In this document: positions 1 to 11,192 of the stretch, piece after piece
Position numbering within the stretch: position 1 is the stretch's first letter
Layout of the letters: each line of letters begins with the position of its first letter
Assembly: GCA_948465545.1 (NCBI GenBank)
Contig: CAOJXO010000001.1
Location: 95,728-159,727, forward strand
Direction: 5' to 3'
Length of the DNA: 64,000 bases
From: an uncultured Bacillota bacterium
GTDB taxonomy: Bacteria > Bacillota > Clostridia > Christensenellales > UBA1242
Notes under the pieces: generated by a model
The model's input: the letters and a program-made list of their open reading frames with translations, nothing else
What the model was told of the DNA's origin: nothing
Database searches by the model: none
Position numbers and translations under genes: made by a program

Positions 1-899
1 GCCTTGAAAACACTGATGAAATCGAAATGTTAGATAAAGCAAGAAGTGCGGTGGTTGGTATTTCGGTGGATCTTGTTGGTGGATATGCAATAGGCAGCGG
101 TGTTGCAATTACAAATGGCGGATACATACTTACAAACAACCATGTAATTGAGGATGGCAACAACATAACCCTATACTTTGCAGATAAATCCACTGGCAAA
201 GCCTCAGTTTTATGGAAGGATGCAGGGCTTGACCTTGCTATACTTAAATCTTCAAGAGAGATTCCTTACCTTAGAGCAGGCAAAAGCAAAGAATTAAAGG
301 TCGGCGAACCTGTGTATGCACTAGGCACTCCACTCACCCTTCAATTTAAACATACCGTAACAAAAGGTATTGTAAGTGCACTGAACCGAACCTTAGAGGT
401 TGAAAGCAACAATGGAAGCAATTTCCTGCAATCTCTAGTTCAACATGACGCAAGTATTAACCCTGGCAACAGCGGAGGTCCACTAATCAATGCAAATGGT
501 GAAGTGGTTGGCATTAACACATTAAAGGCATCAGAGGGCGAAGGACTGGGCTTTGCAAACCCTATTGAAGTTGGCTCTGCCATTATGGATAGAATTATTG
601 AAAACAATTCTTATAAAGCCCCATATCTTGGCGTGTTTGGATTTGATAGCGAAATCGCTCAGGTATATGGTGAAAGCGTAGGTCAAGATGGAGTTTATAT
701 CATCAGCACCACAGGCCCAGCCAGCAAAGCGGGACTAATAAAAGGAGATATAATCACATCTATTGACGACAATCCTATTATAAGCGTACAAGATTTAAAG
801 ATATCACTATTTAAATATAACGTTGGAGATGATGTTGAAGTACACTTTGTTAGAAATGGCAAAAGTATGTCAATAACATTGAAATTAACCCAAAAATAA
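1..899 (+). CDS. htrA: HtrA/DegP-family trypsin-like serine protease with C-terminal PDZ domain (5' end cut by window edge)
   Basis: The frame is open from nt 3 to the stop at 897-899. Catalytic motifs are TNNHV (His) and GNSGGPL (Ser). The tail is PDZ-like (GVYIISTTGPASKAGLIKGDIITSIDD). Confidence 0.85.
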   Translation, partial: LENTDEIEMLDKARSAVVGISVDLVGGYAIGSGVAITNGGYILTNNHVIEDGNNITLYFADKSTGKASVLWKDAGLDLAILKSSREIPYLRAGKSKELKVGEPVYALGTPLTLQFKHTVTKGIVSALNRTLEVESNNGSNFLQSLVQHDASINPGNSGGPLINANGEVVGINTLKASEGEGLGFANPIEVGSAIMDRIIENNSYKAPYLGVFGFDSEIAQVYGESVGQDGVYIISTTGPASKAGLIKGDIITSIDDNPIISVQDLKISLFKYNVGDDVEVHFVRNGKSMSITLKLTQK

Positions 900-916
900 A
901 CTGAAATATACAAAAA

Positions 917-950
917 AATGGCTAGTTCGCATAAAAAGCAGCCATTTTTT
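917..950 (+). terminator. weak rho-independent terminator after htrA
   Basis: AATGGCT...AGCCATT stem with a large loop, followed by TTTTTT. Confidence 0.45.
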
Positions 951-962
951 CTATTTTACCTC

Positions 963-992
963 TTGAAATCTGTCACAAAGTGTGCTAAAATG
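963..992 (+). promoter_or_regulatory. sigma-A type promoter for the 1021..2676 gene
   Basis: TTGAAA (963-968), 17-nt spacer ending in TGc, then TAAAAT (986-991). Confidence 0.55.
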
Positions 993-1020
993 TAATAGTA
1001 AAATTAGGAGGGATAAAAAT

Positions 1021-2676
1021 ATGGCTAATACTGCTTTACAAAATCTTTCAAAAGCACTTATAAATGGCGAATACAAAACTCTTGCAAAAATCGCAACATT
1101 GGGACTTACTACCGACGAGGTTAAAAATGAGAATTTAAAACTATTCGCTACTGACTGTATGTGCTCTAAATTCGCATACGGAATGGATATGTATGAGTTT
1201 GGATATAAACTTGAATCAAAATCAGCCACAGGTATGAACACTGTAGTATCTGCAACAAAAAATGTTGATGCTATGGTAAAATCTTTGAAAAAAGGCTCAA
1301 TGCTTCAAGAAATCGTTGATTATCTTAATAGTGAAGATTGCAAAATTGAAAACAAAGAAATTTTAACCCATTCTTTAGAAGCTACTCAAGGTATTGTTGA
1401 CAAAAAGACTCCTGTAATCATCCCTATCTTTGCAGCTATTGTCAATGCTAAAATAGAAGCCATTAATAATCCTGCTAAAATTCAAGAAGTAAATGAGTTG
1501 GAAAAAAGCGTTGAACCACTTATTATAAGTCTTATCAACAACAGAAAGGTGAATATTGATTTAACAACAAGTGAAATTAGAAAACAAGTAATCTCATTAT
1601 TATCTACTAATGAGGAAAACGCTAACAAAGTTAAAAACTTTTTCTACAATGCTACAGTATCAGCCCTTCTTAACACAAATGTAAACCGTTTAGATTTCTT
1701 AAATGTAGGAATTGATAAAGGGTCAAAAAACCCTATGTTAAGAGTAGGTAATGATGGTACAACTAGAACATTCTTCGATCATCATTTCTCTGATACAAAT
1801 AAAAACACACATTTCTTAAAAACACATTCTTCTAAATTTACAGATCTTTTAACCTGTGATGGAAGTGATGTTGATGGGTACAAAAACAAACTTTACACTG
1901 CTTTCAAACTTTTACAAGAAAGAGTTGGGTTTGGTGAACTTGATGAAAACGGAGTTATCAAAAGTCGTGTCGCTGCTCCTGAAAAAATTGCAAGAATCTT
2001 AGTGGAAACAGCTATGCTTTGTGGCGTACTTAATGTAGATGTAGATAACGACTTTGCATTCACTGTTGCAAATCCTTTAATTGACATTATTGATTTTGTA
2101 GACCTTGAAACATTCAATAAAATTGTTAAAGATGCAAAAGCAGATGTTGTTGAAATATATAAAACAGAAAACCCTGGCGAGAATCTTCCTGATATTTTAC
2201 AAGAAAAGATAGTTCCAAAAACCGAAAAGCCTAAACCTAAAACTGAAAAACCGAAACCAAAGAATGAAAAGCCTAATCCAGAGACAAAACGTAAACCTAA
2301 AACAGTTAAACTTACCGATCCAAATCAAAAATTCAGACAGGCTGCTATAGAAGAATTTTCTAAACTGGCAGCTGAAATACTTAACTCTGATACAAAAACT
2401 TACGCTGATGTACTTGATCTTGCATCACCAACTGTTAAAATAGATAACGGAGTTAAACTTGCAACAATAACAAATAACACAACTCTTCTTGAGAGTTTTG
2501 ATATGAAAAAAATAACAAAATACTTTACTGTAACAACGAAAGGGCTTGTTGAAATATCTGCCTTAACTACTGATAGAAAAAGAGGAGTAGAAGAACTCGG
2601 TGCTAAAAAAGGTGGAGAAATCTTTAATAAACTTATAAAAGATCTTGAGCCAAAAGATGAAACAGAAGTTGAATAA
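1021..2676 (+). CDS. hypothetical protein with Lys/Pro-rich tandem repeat
   Basis: ATG at 1021 follows AGGAGGG (1006-1012), and the ORF is long and clean. Internal repeat KTEKPKPKTEKPKPKNEKPNPETKRKPK is encoded around 2220-2300. I recognise no family motif. Confidence 0.7.
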   Translation: MANTALQNLSKALINGEYKTLAKIATLGLTTDEVKNENLKLFATDCMCSKFAYGMDMYEFGYKLESKSATGMNTVVSATKNVDAMVKSLKKGSMLQEIVDYLNSEDCKIENKEILTHSLEATQGIVDKKTPVIIPIFAAIVNAKIEAINNPAKIQEVNELEKSVEPLIISLINNRKVNIDLTTSEIRKQVISLLSTNEENANKVKNFFYNATVSALLNTNVNRLDFLNVGIDKGSKNPMLRVGNDGTTRTFFDHHFSDTNKNTHFLKTHSSKFTDLLTCDGSDVDGYKNKLYTAFKLLQERVGFGELDENGVIKSRVAAPEKIARILVETAMLCGVLNVDVDNDFAFTVANPLIDIIDFVDLETFNKIVKDAKADVVEIYKTENPGENLPDILQEKIVPKTEKPKPKTEKPKPKNEKPNPETKRKPKTVKLTDPNQKFRQAAIEEFSKLAAEILNSDTKTYADVLDLASPTVKIDNGVKLATITNNTTLLESFDMKKITKYFTVTTKGLVEISALTTDRKRGVEELGAKKGGEIFNKLIKDLEPKDETEVE

Positions 2677-2678
2677 TA

Positions 2679-2710
2679 AAAAAGAATTGCGATTATGCAA
2701 TTCTTTTTTT
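2679..2710. terminator. bidirectional terminator between convergent genes
   Basis: AAGAATTGC-gattat-GCAATTCTT stem-loop flanked by an A-run and a T-run. Confidence 0.8.
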
Positions 2711-2711
2711 A

Positions 2712-4304
2712 TTATTTTCTAAGTTTTTCAAGTTCTACCGCTATATCAAGGCGAGGAAATAATATGCCGAGAGGTGAAATCTGTTCCCCTGCTTTTAAAG
2801 CATAGAAATCCAAAATGTTTTCATAGGTATCATTTGTAATACCAAGTGCATTAAGTGTCTTTTCAGCACACTCTGGTAGGAATGGTTGAAGTAGGCTTGA
2901 ACCAATCCTTATTGTTTCAAGCAGATTTCTCATTACATTTGCAAGAGCCTGCTTCTTACTTTCATCTTTTGCCATTGAAAAAGGTTCTGTCTTTTCAATA
3001 TATTTATTTGCTTGCGAGAAGATATTGAAGATACTTGCAAGTGCTTTTGTAACATCATAGTTTTTCATGTACTCAAACACTTTCTTAGTTTCATCTAAAA
3101 CAACGGTTTTAAGTTCTTTGCTTGCTTCCAAATCATCATTCTTAACTTCTGGCACTATAGAGCCAAAATACTTTTTAAGCATACTGAAAGTTCTTGAAAC
3201 AAGGTTTCCATAATTATTTGAAAGGTCACTATTAAATCTATTAAGTAAAATTTCATTTGTATAATTACCGTCAGAACCAAAAGGTATTTCGCGAAGAAGC
3301 ACATATCTGACAGCATCCGCTGAATAGTTTGACGCCAAAATGTATGGATCAATACAGTCTTTTATGCCGTCAGCCTTACTTTTTGAAAGTTTTCCACCAC
3401 CAAAAATCAGCCAACCATGCCCGAACACCTTTTTAGGAAGCGGAAGATCAAGTGCCATCAAGATTGCAGGCCAAATAATTGCATGGAAACGCACAATTTC
3501 TTTACCCATCATGTGTACATCTGCAGGCCAGTATTTTTGTAGTAATGAATCATCTTCCCCTTTATATCCAAGTGCAGTGATATAGTTTGGAAGGGCATCT
3601 ATCCAAACATACACCGTATGTTTAGGGTCAAAATCTACTGGCACACCCCACTTTACAGAAGTTCTTGAAACACACAAGTCTTCAAGCCCTGGTTTAAGGA
3701 AATTGTTTACCATTTCATTAACTCTTGCTTCTGGTTGCAAAAATTTTGGATTGTCTTTATATAATTTAAGAATCTTATCTGTGAAAGCTGAAAGTTTAAA
3801 AAAGTATGCCTCTTCTGATTGCACTGATACCGGTCGTCCACAATCAGGACATTTACCATCTACTAATTGGCTTTCAGTCCAAAATGACTCACAAGGTGTA
3901 CAATAAAGCCCCTTGTATTCCCCTTTATAGATATAACCTTTATCATAAAGTTCTCTAAATATTTTTTGCACTGCAACAACATGATAGTCATCGGTCGTTC
4001 TTATAAATTTATCATAACTGATATTAAGAAGTTCCCAAAGTTTTTTATAGCCCTCAATAATCTCATCCAAATACTCCATTTCGGTTTTGCCAGCATTTGC
4101 AACCGCCTGACTCACCTTTTGCCCATGTTCGTCAGTACCAGTAAGATAAAAAACATCCTTACCTTGCTTACGTACAAATCTTGCAATCGCATCACAAATT
4201 ACATTTGTATAGCAGTTGCCAAGATGTAATTTGTTGCTAGGATAATAAATAGGTGTTGTTATATAAAACTTTTCGCCCTTATTATAATAAATGTTGTCAC
4301 TCAT
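2712..4304 (-). CDS. metG: methionyl-tRNA synthetase
   Basis: The start is MSDNIYY at 4304, preceded by AGGAGG (revcomp of 4311-4316). Class I motifs are present (PSNKLHLGN as the HIGH-like motif, KLSKSK as KMSKS). MetRS-type Zn knuckle CPDCG. Confidence 0.93.
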   Translation of the reverse strand: MSDNIYYNKGEKFYITTPIYYPSNKLHLGNCYTNVICDAIARFVRKQGKDVFYLTGTDEHGQKVSQAVANAGKTEMEYLDEIIEGYKKLWELLNISYDKFIRTTDDYHVVAVQKIFRELYDKGYIYKGEYKGLYCTPCESFWTESQLVDGKCPDCGRPVSVQSEEAYFFKLSAFTDKILKLYKDNPKFLQPEARVNEMVNNFLKPGLEDLCVSRTSVKWGVPVDFDPKHTVYVWIDALPNYITALGYKGEDDSLLQKYWPADVHMMGKEIVRFHAIIWPAILMALDLPLPKKVFGHGWLIFGGGKLSKSKADGIKDCIDPYILASNYSADAVRYVLLREIPFGSDGNYTNEILLNRFNSDLSNNYGNLVSRTFSMLKKYFGSIVPEVKNDDLEASKELKTVVLDETKKVFEYMKNYDVTKALASIFNIFSQANKYIEKTEPFSMAKDESKKQALANVMRNLLETIRIGSSLLQPFLPECAEKTLNALGITNDTYENILDFYALKAGEQISPLGILFPRLDIAVELEKLRK

Positions 4305-4329
4305 TCTAAGCCTCCTAAATTTACAAATA

Positions 4330-4358
4330 ATGTTAGCATATACCCTAAAAAATGTCAA
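4330..4358 (-). promoter_or_regulatory. sigma-A promoter of metG
   Basis: On the - strand: TTGACA (4358-4353), 17-nt spacer with TGc, then TAACAT (4335-4330). This predicts a ~20-nt leader containing the SD. Confidence 0.6.
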
Positions 4359-4494
4359 TTAAATTAATGTTTATCAAAATTATCAAACGGACATAATTAA
4401 TTTATGAAAAAGTTTTGGTTGTTTGGTTTTGGATTTATTTTAATGTGTAGCATAGTTGTTTTACTTTCAATATATGCCCCTCAACTTCATAATT

Positions 4495-4526
4495 AAAAAG
4501 AAGCGGTCTGTACCCGCCTCTTTTTT
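4495..4526. terminator. terminator downstream of uvrA
   Basis: GAAGCGG-tctgtac-CCGCCTC stem with one mismatch. It has T-runs on both strands. Confidence 0.6.
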
Positions 4527-7356
4527 AGTTTAATATTTTTCTTAAAAATTGTCCTGTAAAACTTTCTGGCACAAGGGCTATCTCTTCTGGAGTGCCTTCG
4601 GCAACAATAGTGCCTCCACCACTTCCACCTTCTGGGCCAAGGTCTATAATATGGTCGGCACATTTGATAACATCAAGATTATGCTCGATAACGATTACCG
4701 TATTACCACCCTCAACAAGCCTATTTAAAATGGATATAAGTTTCTTTATATCATACATATGCAACCCTGTGGTAGGCTCATCCAAAAGATATATTGTCTT
4801 TCCTGTGGATTTACGAGCCAGTTCACTTGCAAGTTTTACCCTTTGTGCTTCACCGCCCGAAAGCGTAGTCGCAGGTTGCCCCAATTTAATATATCCAAGC
4901 CCAACATCATAAAGTGCTTGAATTTTTGTTTTAATTGAAGGGATGTTTTCAAAGAATGAAAGGGCCTCTTCAATCGTCATATCAAGTACGTCTGAAATGG
5001 TTTTACCTTTATATTTTACTTCCAAAGTTTCATGATTATATCGCTTACCTTTACATACCTCACAAGGCACTGTAATATCTGGAAGAAAATACATTTCAAT
5101 CTCTTTTATTCCCGCACCTTCACAGGCTTCACACCTTCCGCCTTTAACATTAAAACTAAACCTGCCAGAAGTATATCCTCTTGACCTTGCATCAGGGGTA
5201 CTTGCAAACAAATCTCGAATCGCAGTAAACAGTCCAACATAAGTTGCAGGGTTTGAACGTGGGGTACGTCCGATAGGCGACTGGTCGATAGCAATAACCT
5301 TATCAAGTTCCTTTACACCATCAATTCTTGAAAATTTACCAAGTTCCAAACGACTTCCATTAAGCACATTTGAAAGATATGGATATAATATCTCATTTAC
5401 AAGGCTGGATTTTCCACTGCCAGAAACACCAGTAACCGCAGTAAATACGCCAAGAGGAATTTCCACATCAATATCACGAAGATTGTTTTCCTTTGCACCT
5501 ACAATCTTTAAAAACTTCTCTGCTTTGCGTCTTATGCTAGGAACTTCAATTTTTTCTTCGCCAGTTAAAAATTTTGCAGTTATTGAGTTCTTATTTTTCA
5601 TAATCGCATCAAGTGTACCATTGCCAATAATCTCGCCACCATGCACGCCTGCATAAGGGCCAACATCCACAATCCAGTCTGCAGTACGAATTGTATCTTC
5701 ATCATGCTCTACAACTATCAGGGTATTGCCTAAATCTCGCAGATTCTTCATGGTTGCGATAAGCCTTTCATTGTCACGTTGATGAAGTCCAATGCTAGGC
5801 TCATCAAGAATATATAATACTCCACTCAACCCACTTCCTATTTGGGTGGCAAGTCTGATACGTTGAGCCTCACCGCCTGATAAACTTTCAGCAGAGCGGG
5901 AAAGTGTAAGATAGTTCAATCCAACATCAGACAAGAATTTAAGTCTTGCATTAATTTCCTTTAAAATGCTCTGTGCTATATTTGACGCCGTTTTATTAAG
6001 TTTAAGTCCTTGAAAATATGGTACAAGTTCTCCAACACTCATATCACAAGTGTCCGCTATATCTTTATTGTTTACCCTTATTGAAAGGGCTGCCTCATTA
6101 AGTCTTTTACCTTTGCAAACAGGACAGGTTTGTTCGCGTACAAACTTCGCAATTTCAAGGCGAATAAACTCGCTCTTTCCTGTGGCAAGACGCCTTTTTA
6201 AGTTGTTAATTATCCCTTCAAAAGAAAGTGCCTTTTTACCATTATAATGTTCGAAGGTTTTATTTTTAGACTCGTCTTCATATAGATCCAACTGCTCGCC
6301 ATCGTTTCCATAAAGCAAAAGATCAAGTTTCTTTCTAGGCAATTTCTTTACAGGAGTATCAAGGTCAATATCATATTTCTTTGCCACCGCTTTTAAATAT
6401 CGACTTGTCAACGAGCCTTCATCCATACGCCAGCCAGTGATATTGAATGCACCTTCATTTATGGATAGTTCACTATTTTTAAGCACAAGCGACTCATCAA
6501 AATCAGTTACAATACCAAGTCCAGAACAATGTGGACATGCACCATACGGCGCATTAAAAGAGAATATTCTAGGGGTCACTTCTTCTAATGTCCAACCACA
6601 ATCAGGGCAAGCATAGTTTGTACTGAAAGTTTGCTCGCTTCCGTCTTTATCTACAACAACAAGCCCCTCTCCTAGTTTTAAAGCAGTTTCAAGACTATCT
6701 GTAAGTCTGGTTCTTGCACTTTCTTTAAGTACAATTCTGTCAATCACTGCAAAAATGTTATGTTTGATATTTTTATCAAGATTGATTTCCTCATCAAGAG
6801 AATATATACTTCCATCCACCTGCACCCTTGCATAGCCAGACTTTTTCAAACTTTCAAACACCTTTGCAAAAGTACCCTTTTGCCCTCTTGCAATAGGTGC
6901 AAGCAAGGTAAGTTTGCTACCCTCTTCAAACTCACAAACTGTATCTACAATCTGGTCGATAGTTTGTTGAGAAATAGGCTTATGACAATGCGGACAGTAT
7001 GGAGTGCCAACTCTGGCAAACAAAAGTCTTAAATAATCATATATTTCAGTCACTGTACCTACCGTAGAACGCGGATTATGATTTGTTGTTTTTTGGTCGA
7101 TAGAAATGGCAGGACTAAGCCCATCAATAGACTCAACATCTGGCTTTTGTGCTTGTCCCAAAAATTGACGTGCATAGGAAGAGAGGCTTTCTATATATCT
7201 TCTTTGCCCCTCTGCAAAAATTGTGCCAAATGCAAGCGAACTCTTACCCGAGCCACTTACGCCAGTAAAAACAACAAGTTTGTTTTTTGGCACTTCTAAA
7301 CTAACATCTTTAAGGTTGTTTTCCTTCGCGCCTGTAATTAAAATTGAATTTTTCAT
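4525..7356 (-). CDS. uvrA: excinuclease ABC subunit A
   Basis: 943 aa with two ABC ATPase modules (GVSGSGKSS twice, LSGGEAQR twice) and the UvrA zinc-finger cysteine pairs (CPHC, CPDCG, CEAC..CEVC). Confidence 0.97.
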   Translation of the reverse strand: MKNSILITGAKENNLKDVSLEVPKNKLVVFTGVSGSGKSSLAFGTIFAEGQRRYIESLSSYARQFLGQAQKPDVESIDGLSPAISIDQKTTNHNPRSTVGTVTEIYDYLRLLFARVGTPYCPHCHKPISQQTIDQIVDTVCEFEEGSKLTLLAPIARGQKGTFAKVFESLKKSGYARVQVDGSIYSLDEEINLDKNIKHNIFAVIDRIVLKESARTRLTDSLETALKLGEGLVVVDKDGSEQTFSTNYACPDCGWTLEEVTPRIFSFNAPYGACPHCSGLGIVTDFDESLVLKNSELSINEGAFNITGWRMDEGSLTSRYLKAVAKKYDIDLDTPVKKLPRKKLDLLLYGNDGEQLDLYEDESKNKTFEHYNGKKALSFEGIINNLKRRLATGKSEFIRLEIAKFVREQTCPVCKGKRLNEAALSIRVNNKDIADTCDMSVGELVPYFQGLKLNKTASNIAQSILKEINARLKFLSDVGLNYLTLSRSAESLSGGEAQRIRLATQIGSGLSGVLYILDEPSIGLHQRDNERLIATMKNLRDLGNTLIVVEHDEDTIRTADWIVDVGPYAGVHGGEIIGNGTLDAIMKNKNSITAKFLTGEEKIEVPSIRRKAEKFLKIVGAKENNLRDIDVEIPLGVFTAVTGVSGSGKSSLVNEILYPYLSNVLNGSRLELGKFSRIDGVKELDKVIAIDQSPIGRTPRSNPATYVGLFTAIRDLFASTPDARSRGYTSGRFSFNVKGGRCEACEGAGIKEIEMYFLPDITVPCEVCKGKRYNHETLEVKYKGKTISDVLDMTIEEALSFFENIPSIKTKIQALYDVGLGYIKLGQPATTLSGGEAQRVKLASELARKSTGKTIYLLDEPTTGLHMYDIKKLISILNRLVEGGNTVIVIEHNLDVIKCADHIIDLGPEGGSGGGTIVAEGTPEEIALVPESFTGQFLRKILN

Positions 7357-7362
7357 ATGATT

Positions 7363-7391
7363 ATTATACCCCTTTTAACCTTCATTATCAA
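7363..7391 (-). promoter_or_regulatory. candidate uvrA promoter placing the TSS at the start codon
   Basis: On the - strand: TTGATA (7391-7386), 17-nt spacer, TATAAT (7368-7363), then only 6 nt before the uvrA ATG (7356). A strong terminator lies just upstream at 7401..7434. Confidence 0.5.
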
Positions 7392-7400
7392 ACAAATTAA

Positions 7401-7434
7401 ATAAAAAAATATAGCATTTTCAATGCTATATTTT
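7401..7434 (-). terminator. rho-independent terminator after the 142-aa gene
   Basis: 11-bp stem AATATAGCATT/AATGCTATATT with a 3-nt loop, followed by a T7 run on the - strand. Confidence 0.75.
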
Positions 7435-7863
7435 TTATTGTTGCTCTTCATTAAAAGGGTAACTTTCATTAAATAAGACTTTTTGATCCGCAATTTTTTC
7501 TGGAATATTTGTAGCCTTATAAACTGTAACTTTAGCAGAAATAAAATCAGTATTAAGAAATAACTTTTTATTAATCTTAAGAGAATATGCATTGGATTTT
7601 TCTAAATACATCAATGGCATCTGGCGTAAAACTTCTATTGCAGAATCGTCATAATTACCTTTATATCCAACCTCTTTAAGTTGCACGTCAAAATCTGCTA
7701 TTTTAAACAAATGCTTCGCAATAATACATTTTTCAGCATTACGAAGTGATTTATGAGCCTCTAAAGATTCAGTCCACCACATATATAAACCTAAAAACCC
7801 GGGTTTAACAAATTTAACCTTTCCCATTACATATTTAATCTTTTCTTCAAATTCCTTTGTCAT
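7435..7863 (-). CDS. hypothetical protein (142 aa) between uvrB and uvrA
   Basis: Clean ORF on the same strand as uvrB and uvrA. I recognise no motif. Confidence 0.6.
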   Translation of the reverse strand: MTKEFEEKIKYVMGKVKFVKPGFLGLYMWWTESLEAHKSLRNAEKCIIAKHLFKIADFDVQLKEVGYKGNYDDSAIEVLRQMPLMYLEKSNAYSLKINKKLFLNTDFISAKVTVYKATNIPEKIADQKVLFNESYPFNEEQQ

Positions 7864-7916
7864 ATTGCCTCCAATATGATTTAATTATAACACAGTCTTA
7901 TTTCAATTTCAAGAGG

Positions 7917-9890
7917 CTATTTCCTATTCTTCGAATTCTTTTCAAGTTGTTTTTTAAGTTCTTGAATTTTATTTCTAAGTTCAATCGCCCTTTCAAATTC
8001 AAGCGAGTTTGAAGCAATCTTCATCATCGCCGTCAGTTTTTCAATCTCTTTTGGAATCTGCGTAACTGATAACTTTTCATCTTTCACCTTTTGCGACAAT
8101 TCAAGAGTATTTGTAATCTTTTTAATAATCGTCTTTGGCGTAATATTATGTTCTTTATTGTATTTCTCTTGCAATGCACGACGACGTTCTGTTTCTCCAA
8201 TAGCCCGTTTCATTGAATCTGTAATTGTGTCTGCAAACATAATAACGTGTCCGTTTGCGTTTCTCGCAGCCCTACCTATTGTTTGAACCAACGCCCCCTC
8301 GCTACGCAAAAAGCCTTCTTTATCAGCATCAAGTATTGCAACAAGTTCCACTTCTGGCATATCCAATCCTTCACGCAAAAGGTTGATTCCAACAAGCACA
8401 TCAAACTCACCTGCACGAAGTCCATTTACAATCTCCACCCTTTCCATAGTATCTATTTCTGAGTGCATATACTTGGCTTTTATATCATGCTCTAATAGAT
8501 AGTTCGTTAAACTTTCAGCCATCTTCTTTGTAAGTGTTGTAACAAGCGTTCTCGCATTCCTTGATGTTGTCTTTTTAATCTCAACCATAAGTTGCTCTAC
8601 TTGGTTTTCAATAGGTTTGATTTCAATAAGAGGGTCAAGAAGCCCAGTAGGTCTAATAAGTTGCTCCACCACTTGCCCAGCCTTATCAAGTTCATACTTT
8701 GCTGGAGTTGCTGAAACATATATCGTTTGTTTAAGTTTGTTTGAAAACTCATCAAATGTAAGCGGTCTGTTGTCCCTTGCGGCTTCCAATCTGAAACCAT
8801 AGTCCACCAGAGATGTCTTTCTTGCCTTGTCACCATTATACATAGCACGCACCTGCGGAAGTGTCATATGGCTTTCATCAATAATTGTTAAGAAATCGCT
8901 AGGAAAATAGTCAATCAAAGTATATGGTGCTTCCCCAGGCTTACGCCCGTCAAAATATCTTGAATAGTTTTCAATTCCGCTACAAAAGCCAACCTCTCGC
9001 ATCATTTCAATGTCATACGCAACACGCTGTCCTATACGCTCCGCTTCCAAAGGTTTGTTTTGAATTTGAAAAGCCTTGATTGCATCAAGTCTGTCCACCT
9101 CAATTTGTCTGAGTGCATTATCCATCCTCGCTTTACCAACTGCATAGTGGGTGGCTGGATATATGGCAACATATTTAAGTTCGTTTATAAGTTTACCAGA
9201 CACTGGTTCAAACTCATAGATCCTTTCAATTTCATCACCAAAAAACTGCACCCTTATTGCTAATTCTGACTGACTGGCAGGAAAAATATCTACAACATCA
9301 CCTTTTACACGAAATGTCGAACGTTTGAAATCAATATCATTTCTCATATACTGAATATTTACAAGGCTTGACAATAATTCATCTCGGTCAAGCAAATCGC
9401 CTGGCCTAAGAGAAATGTGAAGATTATAATATTCGTTTGGGTTGCCAAGTCCGTATATACAAGAGACCGACGCAACAATAATAACATCCTTTCTTTCTAA
9501 AATTGAAGATGTTGCACTAGAACGAAGTTTGTCAATTTCTTCATTGATAGACATGTCCTTTTCAATATAGGTATCAGAAGAAACTATGTACGCCTCTGGC
9601 TGATAATAATCATAATATGAAACAAAATATTCCACCCTGTTGTTAGGGAAAAATTCACGAAACTCATTACATAATTGTGCCGCTAATGTTTTATTATGGG
9701 CAATTACCAAAGTCGGCTTATTTATCTTGGCAATTATATTTGCCATGGTAAAAGTTTTACCGCTTCCAGTAACGCCAAGCAACACTTGATCTTTTAACCC
9801 ATCCTGCAATCCTTCCACCAATTTATCAATTGCCTGTGGCTGATCGCCAGCTGGCATATATGGTGCTCTCAAATCAAATTTTTCTTCCAT
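7917..9890 (-). CDS. uvrB: excinuclease ABC subunit B
   Basis: 657 aa. Helicase motifs are present ([12 protein letters not shown]). The C-terminal UVR coiled coil reads [16 protein letters not shown]. Confidence 0.97.
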   Translation of the reverse strand: MEEKFDLRAPYMPAGDQPQAIDKLVEGLQDGLKDQVLLGVTGSGKTFTMANIIAKINKPTLVIAHNKTLAAQLCNEFREFFPNNRVEYFVSYYDYYQPEAYIVSSDTYIEKDMSINEEIDKLRSSATSSILERKDVIIVASVSCIYGLGNPNEYYNLHISLRPGDLLDRDELLSSLVNIQYMRNDIDFKRSTFRVKGDVVDIFPASQSELAIRVQFFGDEIERIYEFEPVSGKLINELKYVAIYPATHYAVGKARMDNALRQIEVDRLDAIKAFQIQNKPLEAERIGQRVAYDIEMMREVGFCSGIENYSRYFDGRKPGEAPYTLIDYFPSDFLTIIDESHMTLPQVRAMYNGDKARKTSLVDYGFRLEAARDNRPLTFDEFSNKLKQTIYVSATPAKYELDKAGQVVEQLIRPTGLLDPLIEIKPIENQVEQLMVEIKKTTSRNARTLVTTLTKKMAESLTNYLLEHDIKAKYMHSEIDTMERVEIVNGLRAGEFDVLVGINLLREGLDMPEVELVAILDADKEGFLRSEGALVQTIGRAARNANGHVIMFADTITDSMKRAIGETERRRALQEKYNKEHNITPKTIIKKITNTLELSQKVKDEKLSVTQIPKEIEKLTAMMKIASNSLEFERAIELRNKIQELKKQLEKNSKNRK

Positions 9891-10005
9891 AGTTTTATTA
9901 TAACTCTAATTACACAAAATTTCACATTATTTTTTTTAGTTTAGTTTTGATTTTGTACTTTTTTTGATATACTTATAAAAACAATAATACAAAAGAGGGA
10001 TTTTT

Positions 10006-10728
10006 ATGGAAAAATTTCAAAACTTAATAAAGTCAGAAAAAAACATTCATGACGGTCATCGAATACGACTTTTACAACTTGTAAAAAAATCTGGGCTTGA
10101 AAATGTAAGCGATATCCAAGCCATGGAGTTTATTTTAACCTATATTTTCCCTAGGGGTGATGTAAACCCACTTGCCCATCGATTGCTTGATAGATTTGGC
10201 TCGGTGGCGAATGTGCTTGATGCTGATGTGTCTGACCTTCAAAGTATAAAGGGTATTGGCAAGCGTGGTGCAGATCTACTTACTGCAATCCCTGACATTT
10301 TTCAACTCTATATGATGTGCAGAATAAGCAAGAAAGAACTTCTTTCCAGTAAAAGTGCAATCTATGATTTCTGTGAAATTCTCGTGCGTATGAAGAAAAA
10401 TGAAGAACTGTATATTGTTGGCCTTGACGCAAGGTATAGGCATCTTGGACATAGATGTCTTGCAAAAGGCACTCTCACTATGGTTGGAGTAAATCAAAAT
10501 GAAATAACAAAGTTTTTAAACTCAGTCAACCCTGTATTTGTATTTATCTTACATAATCATCCCGGAGGCGTCGCCCTTGCATCCGCTCAAGATGTTAAGG
10601 CAACAATTAATATGCAGACAATGTTTAACACATTAAGTATAAACTTCTTAGACCACTATATCGTTGGCACAAACGGAATCTACAGCATTTGTAATGCTCG
10701 CATGGAACGAGAGTTTATAGAATTATAA
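10006..10728 (+). CDS. radC: RadC-like JAB/MPN domain protein
   Basis: An N-terminal helix-hairpin-helix-like segment (LQSIKGIGKRGA) and a C-terminal JAMM motif (ILHNHPGGVALASAQD). Confidence 0.85.
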   Translation: MEKFQNLIKSEKNIHDGHRIRLLQLVKKSGLENVSDIQAMEFILTYIFPRGDVNPLAHRLLDRFGSVANVLDADVSDLQSIKGIGKRGADLLTAIPDIFQLYMMCRISKKELLSSKSAIYDFCEILVRMKKNEELYIVGLDARYRHLGHRCLAKGTLTMVGVNQNEITKFLNSVNPVFVFILHNHPGGVALASAQDVKATINMQTMFNTLSINFLDHYIVGTNGIYSICNARMEREFIEL

Positions 10729-11085
10729 AAATCGTGTTATAAACGCCCCTACAAAACCACCTATAAAAGATAGGATTAACATTGTCAAGAATAACCATAT
10801 ATATGGAAAGTTTTTTTGTTCCTTTCCTTTTTTATTCTCAGTTTCAACGATCTCATGCCCGTATGGTAAAACGCATAAACAATACACCCCATCATCATCA
10901 TACTTAATCGATATACAATCTTGACGCTCTAAATAGATTAATATATTATCAAGCCCATCACTATCAACCCGATATTTGGACGGCATAGAGGTAATAATGT
11001 CACTCGCTTCTATTATCTTATACGAGCCATTACCGCACTCCTTAATAAGGATTTTTAAAACTAACTTTGATTTAATATCAAGCAT
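10723..11085 (-). CDS. 120-aa protein: N-terminal winged-helix-like domain plus C-terminal TM helix (paralog A)
   Basis: Soluble ~90 aa, a Lys-rich linker, then a hydrophobic helix (IWLFLTMLILSFIGGFVGAFI). It has the same length and layout as 12169..12531. Confidence 0.65.
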   Translation of the reverse strand: MLDIKSKLVLKILIKECGNGSYKIIEASDIITSMPSKYRVDSDGLDNILIYLERQDCISIKYDDDGVYCLCVLPYGHEIVETENKKGKEQKNFPYIWLFLTMLILSFIGGFVGAFITRFL

Positions 11086-11192
11086 ATAAATTTAGTTTGT
11101 CGCTCATAATAACTAAATATTCATTCGACTTTTTTCGACCCTACTATTGACAATAAGGCTGTATTAGGGTAAAATAATTACAAGAGGTAAAG

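Noticed and set aside
4404-4496. 30-aa hydrophobic small ORF on the + strand (MKKFWLFGFGFILMCSIVVLLSIYAPQLHN) ending at the bidirectional terminator
   Set aside because: It has no Shine-Dalgarno sequence or recognisable promoter and is very short. It cannot be separated from chance in AT-rich DNA without conservation or Ribo-seq data.
4305-4524. T-box or other riboswitch leader upstream of metG
   Set aside because: The promoter I identify leaves only a ~20-nt leader. No T-box consensus (..GGGTGGTACCGCG..) or specifier-loop structure is visible in the 220-bp gap.
9891-10005. SOS (Cheo/LexA) box upstream of uvrB
   Set aside because: No GAAC-N4-GTTC-like palindrome is visible in the uvrB or uvrA upstream regions.
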